Source: Eledone cirrhosa (lineage: Eukaryota). From it: 64,000 bases of DNA. Below are positions 11,501-23,002 of the stretch, piece by piece (position 1 is the first letter of the stretch; each line of letters opens with the position of its first letter). The translations under genes were made by a program, and so were the position numbers. The stretch lies in NCBI GenBank assembly GCA_964016885.1, contig OZ024743.1:324818001-324882000 (forward strand). Reading direction: 5' to 3'. Below the pieces are notes generated by a model. The model saw only the letters and a program-made list of their open reading frames with translations. It was not told the DNA's origin and made no database searches.

Positions 11501-14500
11501 ATGGGTTCTATCAAGGTTGGCCATGCAGGTCACTAGTTTGTGATCTGAATAGGCAACCATGAACATTTGTGGACAGCTTAACATGTCCCTATCCTTATTT
11601 CTAACTATTTCTATTTTATGGCCAGTTGCAGGGAACAAGCGGCCAGAGCAGGTACCCAAATTACCAAAGTTACGGAGTTTACCAAAGAATGCTCTGCAAG
11701 ATGGAGGAATTTCTCAGCCGTGGAAAAAAAACCGTTCGAAGAAAAAGCCGCTCTGGACAAGGCACGTTAGGATCGCGAAATGGCTGAGTACAAAGGCAAA
11801 GACATGGTTGACCCGAACAAGCCAAAACGGCCGCAGACTTCATATTTTCTATTCTTGGCCGAGTTCCGGAAAATGATGCAGGGTAAACTTGACCATAAAG
11901 ACATTCTGCGGAAGGCAGAACCCTATATAGGTACGATCTAGATGTTCCGCTACGATTACTCCACGTCCACAGTGGCGCAGTCGGAAAATCTAGTCGATAT
12001 CTATCGGCCAGGTCAAATCGGTCGATTAACTGTTTGAGGCTGTTACACCCCCCTTTATCGGGACATGCTCCCACATAGTCCCAACGTGCATCTAGGATTC
12101 CATTCCAGTCCCCCACTAAAAGCAAGGAGTGGGACGTTCCCAGAAAAGTCTCTAGACGTTTGAAGAAGTCTGGCCGCGGTGTCCCGGATGGGGCATATGC
12201 AGCCACCAGCCTGAAGGCTCCACCTTCACTACCGTCAACGTCTAGGACCACCAGTCGACCCTCCGGGTCCAGATGTACCGTCTGTGTTACGAGGCCCAGG
12301 TGTTTCCGCAGCAAAACGGCAACTCCGCCCCCACCCCCCGGTTGACAGAGAGATTCGTAGATCTCAAAGTCATCGAAGATGGGGGCCAGCTGTCGCTCGC
12401 TGTGGATCCTGGACTCGCAAATGGCTACCACATCCATACTGTGCGACCTGAAGTCGTTTAAGAGTTTGCCCTGTTTCCAGGGCATCCCCAGGCCGCGTAC
12501 ATTCACACATCCAACTCTTATATTGGCCATGTTGGTGCTGAAAAGTTAAAAGAGGAAAAGAGATCACTCACCCTTCGTCTCCTGGGGACCAGGCCGCACG
12601 ATTTCCATGGGGGTGTGGAGGGGTTGTCTGGATGGGTGGTGGTTTCCGGCGGGGTGGGGACGGAGATGTTTGGTGGGATGGGGTCTGGTGGGATGGGGGT
12701 ATCTGGGGTGGGGAGACATTTGAGAAGGACGCGGTTGAGTGGTTTCACGCAGGAATTCCCCACATCCTTCTCAAATGTTTCTTTTAGGGACCTATAAGTT
12801 TGTATAGGGACCCTAATCAGTTTTAGGTTCAGTTTTTTGCTATTTTTAATAGAGTGGGCGAAAGTTTTCCCTTCGGTTTTCACCGAAGGGTCGTTCGTGA
12901 TGGTCTCCATTAGTGTTTTGTTTTCAGTGTTTATGTAAGTGTAAGTGTAATTTTCTTGTGTTGTGTTTATTTTTGTCTGTAGTTCTTGTGTGTGCTTTCG
13001 TTTTGTTGTAGGTATTTTGTTTTCAGGAGGTGGGGGTTTTGTTTGTGATGTTTTTGTTGTTTGTGATGGTGGTTGTATGTTTGTGGTAGTGTTTGCTGGT
13101 TTTTTGCTTTTGTGATGTCTTTTCTTTCTTTTCGAGCGATGGGGTTCTCCCTCGTCTTCACTGGGTGATGGCGAGATAGCCTCATCTGTTGTATCGTCTG
13201 TGTGATTGGGGAGGGGTATGTCTTGGGGAGCTGTTGTGTCTGTATGTGATTTTGCAGTGGTTTTAGGTGGTGTGGGGTTGGGTGGGACTGTGTTTGTTGT
13301 GGTTATTTTTGTGTGTTGGTGTTGTTGTTGTTGTTGTTGTGGTGTTGGTGGTTGTGTTGTTTTGATGGGTGTCGGCAGAAGAGCTTTTTTTTGGTTCATT
13401 AATTTAGGACAGGAAGCCCTCAGGTGACCCCTGCTAAAGCAATGGTAACATGAAGGCCGCCTACCCTCAACCGAAAAGTTTATGTAGGTGAGTCCGTCCA
13501 GGAGTACACGCTGTGGGATCATAGCTATTCGCTCTGGGCTCATTTGCGCCAGAACTTCAATGCTAGTCCCATTGAATACATCTCTGGGGGACTTGCCTAC
13601 TGACAGTATTCTGTCTTCATCAAAATTGATGAAGCCGCACAGTATCCACCATATGTTCACCTTTGGTGTGACACTCGTGATTCTGATCTTTTGTGTCCTT
13701 TTTCCCATGTATGTAGGGAAAAAGGTGTACAGGTTGGATACAATTGGCGACACAGAGTAATTTTAGGCCATCAATTGATCCTTCATGAGTACCGAAATAC
13801 TCCCAAAAAGTTTGCTTCTTTGAATGAATGCAATATCATTCATTGAATTTTTGAAAACCAGTTCAATTTCTTTCTGTGACAATTGGACTGGTTTTCGGGT
13901 AGAATTGGAAACTGTCCTAAAAACTATCGTTTTGAGAGCAGTTTCCTTGCGAATTTCTACCGGAGAATTGATGCTGAAAGCACCATTTTTTTTCGAAACT
14001 GACATATCTCCTAGCGTCCTTTAAAAGTTGTTCAGCATTTGTTATGTCGTGATATATCAATTCTTCCTTTTTTTTAACTTTCTCTGCAAAGGAGATTTTT
14101 GGTTTCTTTGTGGAATCCGTATTGGTGGTGTTGTCATTATTGTTGTTATTGTTGTTGTTATTCTTGTTGTCACCGATGTTGGTATTATCCGTATTTTCCT
14201 TGGTGTTGTTGTCTTTGATGCTGGTGTTATTGGTGTTGTCTTTATTTTTTTCTTTGTTGTTGTTATCATTGTTGCTTTTATCATCATTATTGGTGTTGCT
14301 GTTATTTTTGTTGTCATTGAATTGTTTGGTGTCATTTGTGTTGTTTGAATATGAATTCGTTTTTACATTTTCATTTTGTCTTTCCATCTCTATAGTATCT
14401 AGTGAAGAAGACGTTGTTGACTGCGAGCTTTGTAGTCTTACCGCCTCTCCACCACCATTATCGTTGGACGCAGCGTTCATAACGTAATCAAAATTTTACA

Positions 14501-14697
14501 ATATTTTTTCCAAGATTCGATGGAGAAAAATTTTTTAAATGGATATTCCGCCCCTGTAGGGGCGAAAATGAGTTTACCCACCACCTGAAGGTCCAGACGG
14601 GTGGTCAAGTTACACAATGATATAAAATTTAACTAAAAACTCACGTTTTTTTCTTACATAAATTAACGGAAACTTCTCCGCGAAGTTACACACGTCT
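8544..14697 (-). mobile_element. Full-length L1/Tx1 retrotransposon, copy 1 (disrupted)
   Basis: ORF1 fragments (14480-12518) with CYHCFSRGHLRASC knuckle; ORF2 fragments (12530-8783) with APE endonuclease, RT (YADD) and zf-RVT; 5' end GACGTG; AATAAA next to the 3' end; frameshifts and an HMGB insert. Confidence 0.92.
11606..11918 (+). pseudogene. HMGB: HMG-box (HMGB-like) coding fragment inserted in the Tx1 endonuclease domain
   Basis: Reads YFYFMASCREQAARAGTQITKVTEFTKECSARWRNFSAVEKKPFEEKAALDKAR*DREMAEYKGKDMVDPNKPKRPQTSYFLFLAEFRKMMQGKLDHKDILRKA, i.e. box A, linker and start of box B; one TAG at 11768-11770; absent from Tx1 copies 2 and 3. Confidence 0.9.
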
Positions 14698-14949
14698 GAT
14701 AGAGAGATAGATAGATTTCTTTATTAGCCACAAGGGCGCAACAAGAAAGGGGACAATACAAAGACATGCCGGGGATTTTACATACAGTCATGTAAAAAAT
14801 ATAAAAACAAACAATTTCAACAATCGAAATCCCCAATAAGGGGGAGGCGCCACAAATGGGTTGTTTAATACCCCGTCGATAGAACAACCCTCAACTCGAG
14901 GAGCGTGTTGTGCAAGTGCTCCTTTCTTCCTTTTGCTCTCTTCCTCAAC

Positions 14950-17900
14950 CTACAGGCTTATAAACAGAGAAGGCCCAATCACTCGGGCCATTTTCGCTTC
15001 ATTCATCCACCTTTCAGTAAATTTACTGGGGTGCAGTGCCTCTCTCTCCACCCTGATTCTCCTTCTAAAGTGATACTTAAAGAAGGGAATCAATTGTTGT
15101 CCGGAGAGAAAGGCATCTGTCCTCAGTCCTCTCAACCTCGTCCACCATATAACTTCTTTCACCATAGCCACCGTACAGAGGAAAACCGCCTCTCTTTCGT
15201 TTTTGAAAGAGTCTGGCGGTTTGATCCTTACTATGGACTCGGCAGTCAACTGTATTTGTCCCATACGCGACAGCAGTTGTTCTGCATAGTTCCACAGGTC
15301 GCTTACGCCCGGGCAGTGTACAATTGCGTGCAGAACTGTTTCAATGTCCTGCGCACATCTTGGACACGTCCTCTTGGAAGGATCCCTGCCAGGGCGTCCG
15401 TGCCTGTAGATCTTGTCACGAACCGGTAGAGCTCCTCGGTAGCACTGCCAGGCCAGGGACCTCTGGAAGTTGTCCATAGGTCCCGGGCGGAAAGTCCTAC
15501 CAAACATACTGCTGAGCTCATCGTCTTCGACGCCCAGAGTCTCTCCGAGCACGTCGTCGCCCTTGTAACGTACAATCCCTCTATAGAATGTCGAAGTGGA
15601 GTCTCCACTTATTGCTGCGCCCGCTTGCCAGAGGACTGTGAGCGCCTGAGTGCATTCAATGTGCCAGGCGCCCATCGTTTTCGGTCTTTTCTTCACCCAG
15701 GACTGCAGCTCCGTTAGCGAGACGAGCTGTGGGAAAGCCTGTCTCACAAACGGTGCCCACACCGGTTGGGGGTCGGTGAGGAATACCTGGAGATGCCGCA
15801 GCCTCAGCGCATGTTTGCGCATCATCAGCCACGACATTCCCAGCCCTCCGTTGGAAGGGTGCTGACAGCAGACGGATCTCCTCACCAGCGGAGCCTGCTT
15901 CTTCCACAGAAACTGGAAGAGCATGCGTTCCATCTTGGCGAGGTGTTCACGGGGACAAGGCACGACAGTCAAGCGGTAGTAGATGACGGACGCTATGAAA
16001 GTGTTCGCCACCTCCGCTCGACCTTTCAAGGACAGTTTGCACTCTGCCCACTTCTGAGTGAGTGCAAACACCTTGGCCGTGACCTCGTTCCAGTTTTTCT
16101 CCACCTGGAGGTCTGGACCGAACCAGACCCCGAGCAATTTCACCGGTCCGTCCGTCCAGCGTCCAACGACGCTGTCGGATGTCATCGGTTTGCCTCTCCA
16201 CGTACCGAGTTGCAAACCGACAGACTTGTCTGGGTTTAGTTTTGCTCCCGTCAGCGTTTCGTATTCTTTCAGTATGTTGCCGATCATCCCGATTTCCGAG
16301 GTGTTCGACACCATTACTGTCACGTCGTCGGCATAAGCCGACGCCGCTTTGCGCAGTCCCGGTTCTAGGGGGATGCCCTGCAACAGCTCCAATTTCCGCA
16401 GTAGTGGCTCTAGAGTCAATACATACAGAATGGAGGAGAGAGGGCATCCCTGTCGAATGGAACGCGTGATTGCGAACGGCTCCGATAGATAGCCGTTCAC
16501 CTTGACCCTCGAGCAGATACTGGTGTGCATCGCCTCGATCCATCTTCTGAACACGGGACCAAAACCGGCCGCCTTGAGAACCGCTTCCAAGTATCGATGG
16601 TCGACCCTATCGAATGCCTTAGACTGATCCAAGTTGATCAGAGCCCCACCGAAGCCGGGTTTACTACCCACCCTCTCTATGATGTATCGCATGAGGTGGA
16701 GGTTGTCGTGTATGGACCTGGTCGGGATTGCACACGTTTGCGCTTTCCCTACCAGGTTCTCGACGACAAGCGCCAACCTCGTCGCTAGCACCTTGGCCAA
16801 AATCTTTAACTCTGTGTTGAGCAGAGTTATGGGCCTGAAGTTGTTAATTTCGTCCCCCTTGTTCTCGTCTTTCCTGATCAGCGTTACTACGCCCTTGCCT
16901 GCAGAACTGGGAATTCTCCCGTTCTGCTGCCAATTGCAGTAGACGGCTTCGAGGACGCCAGAGAACAAGTCCGGCATGCCTATGTAAAATTCATAGGGTA
17001 GACCATCTAGACCGGGTGACTTGCGTTTCCCGCAGCGACCCAGAGCGTCCCGTATCTCAGTGTCCGTGATCGGTCTTTCGCAGAACTCGGCGTCCGTGTT
17101 CAAGAGACGCGGCAGGCCGTCGAGGTATGAACTAAAGTCCATTGCCCCGTTCGGCTCACCGTCGTTCTGCTCAAACAGTCGCGCAAAGTGCCGCTGAAAG
17201 GCCGCGCACATTTGCTTGGGGTCAAGTAGCACGCGTCCGTTTTGGGCTTTCAAAGACCGAATCGTGGACTTGTTGCCACTTTTTGCCTCCGCCACTCGGG
17301 CCCAGCTGACAGCTTTCGCTCCTTCGTTTCCTAGAGCACGTGTTTTGCTTCTGACCACGCAGCCTTCGTGTTTCGCATCGAAGAACTGGTCCAGTGCCGT
17401 TCTCGACGCTAACACTCTAGCCGCGTTTCCACTTCTAAGTGCCTCCTCTACCTTGGCTACTAGTTCTCTTTCTATTCTGTTTTTCTCTAAGGCTAACTCT
17501 CTGCTATACCCTATCGATTCTATTCTAATTACTTTCTTGAGAGAGTACCACCATCTATTGTTGACGATGGCTCCCGTTAACTGTTGCTTGACTAGTTTAC
17601 TTATCCGTTCACTGTAAGCTTTACGTGCCGGCAACGACACGTTCAGCTTCCAGTATCCGGGACCCTGTCTATGTATTCTATCACGGTTGACTAAGCAGAC
17701 GACTAACTTGTGATCTGAATAGGCAACCATGTGCATTCGTGGACAGCTTAACATATCTTTGTCCCTTTCTCTAATGAAGAACCTATCTAAATACGATCTA
17801 GATGTCCCGCTGTGGTTTACCCACGTCCACTGTGGTGCAGTCGGGAAATCCAGTCGATACCTATCGGCCAGTTGGAATTGGCCGATTAAAGTTTTGAGGC

Positions 17901-18396
17901 TGTTACACCCCGCTCTACTGGGACATGCTCCCACATAGTCCCATCGTGCATCTAGGATACCATTCCAGTCCCCCACTAAAAGTAAGGAGCGAGACGTTCC
18001 CAGAAAAGACTCTAGACGCTTAAAGAAGTCTGGCCGTGATTGCGATTGCCCGGTCGGGGCATAAACGGCCACCAGTCTGAAGGCTCCACCTCCGATACTG
18101 TTCACGTCTAGGACTACCAGTCTACCCTCCGGGTCCAAGTGTACTTGCTGTACTTCGACGTCCAGGTTCTTCCGAAACATAACAGCCACTCCACCTCCAC
18201 CTCCTGGCTGACAGAGAGATCCGTAGATCTCAAAGTCGTCGAAGATGGGGGTTAGTTGCTGCCTGTTGTGGATTCTGGACTCGGTGATGGCTATCACATC
18301 CATACTGTGTGACCTAAGGTCGTTTAAAAGTTGGCCCTGTTTCCAGGGCATCCCTAGGCCACGCACATTCACGGTTCCAACTCGTAAACCAGCCAT
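14950..18396 (-). CDS. L1/Tx1 ORF2 polyprotein (APE endonuclease, reverse transcriptase, C-terminal zinc finger), 1148 aa, uninterrupted
   Basis: NVRGL..E, GDWN, SYLDRF, SDH (APE); KSPGLDG, FRPITLLN, DQSKAFD, RQGCPLS, YADD (RT); CPRC..ET..H..C. Confidence 0.95.
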   Translation of the reverse strand: MAGLRVGTVNVRGLGMPWKQGQLLNDLRSHSMDVIAITESRIHNRQQLTPIFDDFEIYGSLCQPGGGGGVAVMFRKNLDVEVQQVHLDPEGRLVVLDVNSIGGGAFRLVAVYAPTGQSQSRPDFFKRLESFLGTSRSLLLVGDWNGILDARWDYVGACPSRAGCNSLKTLIGQFQLADRYRLDFPTAPQWTWVNHSGTSRSYLDRFFIRERDKDMLSCPRMHMVAYSDHKLVVCLVNRDRIHRQGPGYWKLNVSLPARKAYSERISKLVKQQLTGAIVNNRWWYSLKKVIRIESIGYSRELALEKNRIERELVAKVEEALRSGNAARVLASRTALDQFFDAKHEGCVVRSKTRALGNEGAKAVSWARVAEAKSGNKSTIRSLKAQNGRVLLDPKQMCAAFQRHFARLFEQNDGEPNGAMDFSSYLDGLPRLLNTDAEFCERPITDTEIRDALGRCGKRKSPGLDGLPYEFYIGMPDLFSGVLEAVYCNWQQNGRIPSSAGKGVVTLIRKDENKGDEINNFRPITLLNTELKILAKVLATRLALVVENLVGKAQTCAIPTRSIHDNLHLMRYIIERVGSKPGFGGALINLDQSKAFDRVDHRYLEAVLKAAGFGPVFRRWIEAMHTSICSRVKVNGYLSEPFAITRSIRQGCPLSSILYVLTLEPLLRKLELLQGIPLEPGLRKAASAYADDVTVMVSNTSEIGMIGNILKEYETLTGAKLNPDKSVGLQLGTWRGKPMTSDSVVGRWTDGPVKLLGVWFGPDLQVEKNWNEVTAKVFALTQKWAECKLSLKGRAEVANTFIASVIYYRLTVVPCPREHLAKMERMLFQFLWKKQAPLVRRSVCCQHPSNGGLGMSWLMMRKHALRLRHLQVFLTDPQPVWAPFVRQAFPQLVSLTELQSWVKKRPKTMGAWHIECTQALTVLWQAGAAISGDSTSTFYRGIVRYKGDDVLGETLGVEDDELSSMFGRTFRPGPMDNFQRSLAWQCYRGALPVRDKIYRHGRPGRDPSKRTCPRCAQDIETVLHAIVHCPGVSDLWNYAEQLLSRMGQIQLTAESIVRIKPPDSFKNEREAVFLCTVAMVKEVIWWTRLRGLRTDAFLSGQQLIPFFKYHFRRRIRVEREALHPSKFTERWMNEAKMARVIGPSLFISL

Positions 18397-18437
18397 GTTG
18401 GTGAAGAAAAGTTGGAGAAAAAGGACGAAAGGTGCAC

Positions 18438-20318
18438 TTACCTTTTCGTTTCCTGGAGATCGGGTTGTTCAATCTCCATTTGGGTGCTGGATGGGGTGTT
18501 GGGTGGGGTGGGGAAACCTTTCAACAGGACGCGGTTGATGGGTTTGTGGCAGGGGTTGCCCACGTCCTGTGAAAATTTAATTTTCAGGTCTTTATAGGTT
18601 TCCATAGAAACCCTTATAAGTTTAAGGTGTGGAGACGATTCTGCCTTGACGAAAGTTTTGCCCTCCGTCTCCACCTTGGGGTTTTGGGAGATGACCTCCA
18701 TCAAACTCTTGTTGTTTGTGTTGATGTATGCGTATTGTTGTTTGTGTTTTTGTTGTATTGTTTTAGTTTGTTGTTCGTCCGGGAGTTTTCTTTTTATGGT
18801 GGGTGCTTGTGTTTGGGGTGGTGTTGGTGCTGGTTTTGCTGATAGGGGGATGTTTGACTGTGGTGTTGTTTGTGTTGTTGTTTGTGTCTGTGGTTGTGTG
18901 TTGGTGTTGGTGATTGGAGTTTTGGGGGTTTTGTGGTGTCTCTTTTTTTGTTTTTTGGATTTCCGCGGTTCTCCCTCTTCTTCACTTAAAGAAGGAGAAG
19001 CAGCTTCATCCGTCGATGAATAATCATCGTCAGGTGTGTGGGGTAAGGGTATGTTGTGTGGTGGTGGTGGTGTTTCGGTATGTGTGTTTGTGGTAGTGTT
19101 TGATGGAGTGGGATGGAGTGGGGATGTGTTCTTCAGGGGTGTTGTCTCTGTTTTTTCTGTTGTTGTTGTTGAGTGTCTGTTTGTTTTGGTGTGGTTGCTC
19201 GTTTCGTCTGTCGTTGTACTTGTGGTGGTGGTGGTGGTTGTTTTGGTGTTGGTGTTGGTAATAGCGTCTTTTTTATGATGTTGCTGTTGTGTGTTTGTGG
19301 ACAAGAGGCTTTTAGGTGAGATGTGCTACCACAGCGAAAGCAGTGAAATTTTCTTCCTTCTACCGAAATGTTTATTTTGTTGTTATTATCAATAACGACT
19401 CTTTCGGGTATTTTGGAGATTCTCTCCGGTTTCATTTGCAACAGAATCTCCAAATCGGTGCCCGCCCACCTTTGTCGAATGGATTTTCGTATCGAAAGTA
19501 TTATGTCTGTTTCTGTCTCTACGAAGCCAGCCAAGATCCACCAGATGTTAATGCTTGGAGGTATGTTTTTTATTTTTATTTTTTGTGTCCTTTTCCCCAT
19601 GTATGTAGGGAAAAAGGTGTATGCTTTTGACACTATTGGTGTCACAGAGTTTTTTGGGGGCCAGTGCCTCGCTTTTAAACAGTACGGAAACACTTCCGTA
19701 TTGTTTTCCTCGCTGGAGAAAATCGACATTTCCTAGAATCTCCTTGAAAGAATCCTCTATATCTGACTGATTAACAAATGTCGGTTTTCTTGACGAATTT
19801 GACACAGTCCTAAAAGTGACTGATCGGCGGTTTGTGTCTTCCTTTATTTCAAGGGGTGAGTTAATTCTAAACCCACCTCTTTCTTCGAAAGTTACAAATT
19901 TTCTCCCTTGCTGGAGCATATCTCTTGCGTTGGAGATATCAAGATTTATAAAATCTTGTTTCTTGTTGACTGTGTCAGCGAAAGACATTTTCTTTTTTTG
20001 TGTGATGTTGTTGTTGATAATGATGTTATCGTTGTTGGAAATTTTATGTGTAGATGTATCTGTAGAGTTGTTGATGTCTTTTTCATGTGTATGTATGTCA
20101 ATGGGTTTTTTTGCCGTGTTTTCCTGTGTGTTATTGTCATTTTTCTCCGCTTCGGCGGTAGAAATTGTAAAATTTTCAAATGTTGATATATTTTTTTCTT
20201 TTGTAACAGTTGTATCTATGGCAACGTCCATAGCAGCAGAAGCAGATATAACGTTAATATCTGCCTCTTTCTCTCTCTTTTCTCTATTAACGTTCTCCAG
20301 CGTTCTAGTGTTGCTCAA
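18438..20318 (-). pseudogene. Tx1 copy 2 ORF1 (gag-like, CCHC knuckle, Pro/Thr-rich tail), two frameshifts
   Basis: ORFs 20318-19548, 19729-19133 and 19304-18438 are collinear with ORF1 of copies 1 and 3. Confidence 0.8.
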
Positions 20319-20524
20319 GTTTTTTACTTTGTAAAATCTGATATTTTAAAACAAATTTTTTTAAATAAAATTTTCGCCCCTACAGGGGCGAAAAATGGGA
20401 TTACCACCCAGCTGACAATTCAGCTTGGGGGTTAATCTACAAAGTGTTGTATTTTTTTCAAACAATTAGATCGGTGTTTTGCATAGAAATTAACAAAAAA
20501 CTTACCGGCGATATTCCACACGTC

Positions 20525-20536
20525 AGACAGAAAGAG

Positions 20537-20604
<68 letters not shown>
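20525..20604. repeat. (GATA)n tract at the 5' end of Tx1 copy 2
   Basis: Seen directly. Confidence 0.95.
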
Positions 20605-20613
20605 GAATATAAA

Positions 20614-21538
<925 letters not shown>

Positions 21539-21546
21539 ATATATAT

Positions 21547-22015
21547 GCAAAAGTTCTATTTAAATTGTTGGGATACAACAAGAAAATATTTTTATAACTG
21601 ATATAAAGCACTCGACAAGTATTTGGAGTAAATATACGATATTAACAAATGGAAACTATATTTATAAAACCATATCTATTTTATTATACATATTTCAAGG
21701 ATACCATGTTAAATTATGGTATGCTTTCATCAGACAAAATACAATATATACCAGTTTTATAAATAAATTTTGACATACCCTTTCAAAATACAACCGTTAC
21801 TTTTGGAAGACATCAGGGATATTTATATTAATATCCCTGATGTCTTCCAAAAGTAACGGTTGTATTTTGAAAGGGTATGTCAAAATTTATTTATAAAACT
21901 GGTATATATTGTATTTTGTCTGATGAAAGCATACCATAATTTAACATGGTATCCTTGAAATATGTATAATAAAATAGATATGGTTTTATAAATATAGTTT
22001 CCATTTGTTAATATC

Positions 22016-22021
<6 letters not shown>
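21547..22021. mobile_element. Penelope-like pseudo-LTR fold-back: 192-bp arms (21632-21823 / 21830-22021) plus unique extension, between (TA)n tracts
   Basis: Long palindrome with a hammerhead in each arm; (TA)n at 21423-21546 and 22018-22076. Confidence 0.7.
21912..21976 (+). ncRNA. Type I hammerhead ribozyme (mirror copy at 21677-21741 on minus)
   Basis: Stem I TATTTTGT/ATAAAATA; core CTGATGA; stem II AAGcATACCAT/ATGGTATcCTT; GAAA; short self-complementary stem III ATATGTAT; AUA cleavage triplet. Confidence 0.85.
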
Positions 22022-22078
<57 letters not shown>

Positions 22079-22204
22079 AATAAATTATCGAGAATCGGAA
22101 TTTCGGCCCACGAAATAACGAAACACAATCTTCGAAATGCGTGGCATTTATATATATGTATATATATATGTATATATATATGTATATATATGTATATATA
22201 TATG

Positions 22205-22260
<56 letters not shown>

Positions 22261-22316
22261 CGCGTAAATATATACATATATACATGCATATCAGGATATA
22301 TACATATACATACAGA

Positions 22317-22354
<38 letters not shown>

Positions 22355-22586
22355 CATGTATGTATGTATCTATGTACGTATGTATGATGTATGTATACAA
22401 TATACAAATGCATACAATTTCCTGTCTTCTACAAATATGTTAAATATATTATTGATGGGATGCACACAAGACGCCTTGGTTGTACCGAGTACAGTGGTAC
22501 TGCCTGCTGATGTAATTAAATTCTACATTTCCCAAAAAACGGAAAATTATCTTATGAAAGGCCAAAAGTGTTGCATTATAGTATGT

Positions 22587-23002
22587 AGGCGGGGGATTGG
22601 CAGTATCGGTAGAAGGTCGTACGCTATGCTTTGCAGCATAGAGTTACGCCCCTTTATGGTCTGAGTTCAAATCCTGCCGATGTTAACTTTGCCTTTCATC
22701 CTTAGGGGGTCGATAAAATAATGTACCAGTAATGTACTGGGACAATTGCTGGCCTTGTACCAAAAGTAGAAACAATTATATTATGTAGTGTTGGATTGGC
22801 AGAATCGGTAGAGGGTCGGACGTCATACTTTGCGGTATAGTTACCTCTCTTTACGTTCTGAGTTCAAATCCCGCCGAGGTTAGCTTTACCTTTCATCCTT
22901 ACTGAGTCGATAAAATAAAGTACCAGTAATGCACTGGGTCGATTTAATCGACTTTCCCTTCCCCCCAAATCGCTGGCCTTGTGCCTAAATCAGAAACCAT
23001 TA
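22587..23002 (+). mobile_element. Two tandem family-A SINE copies
   Basis: Same body as 5081-5270; flanked by ATTATA(G/T)TATGTAG-type duplications. Confidence 0.8.

Larger units (their letters stand above)
14716..20524 (-). mobile_element. Full-length L1/Tx1 retrotransposon, copy 2
   Basis: Intact ORF2; ORF1 in three frames with CFRCGSTSHLKASC knuckle; same termini as copy 1; flanked by GATA repeats. Confidence 0.95.

Noticed and set aside
9157-18597. Many 60-200 aa overlapping or antisense ORFs shared among Tx1 copies
   Set aside because: Shadow frames of a GC-rich ORF2; shared only because the copies are homologous.
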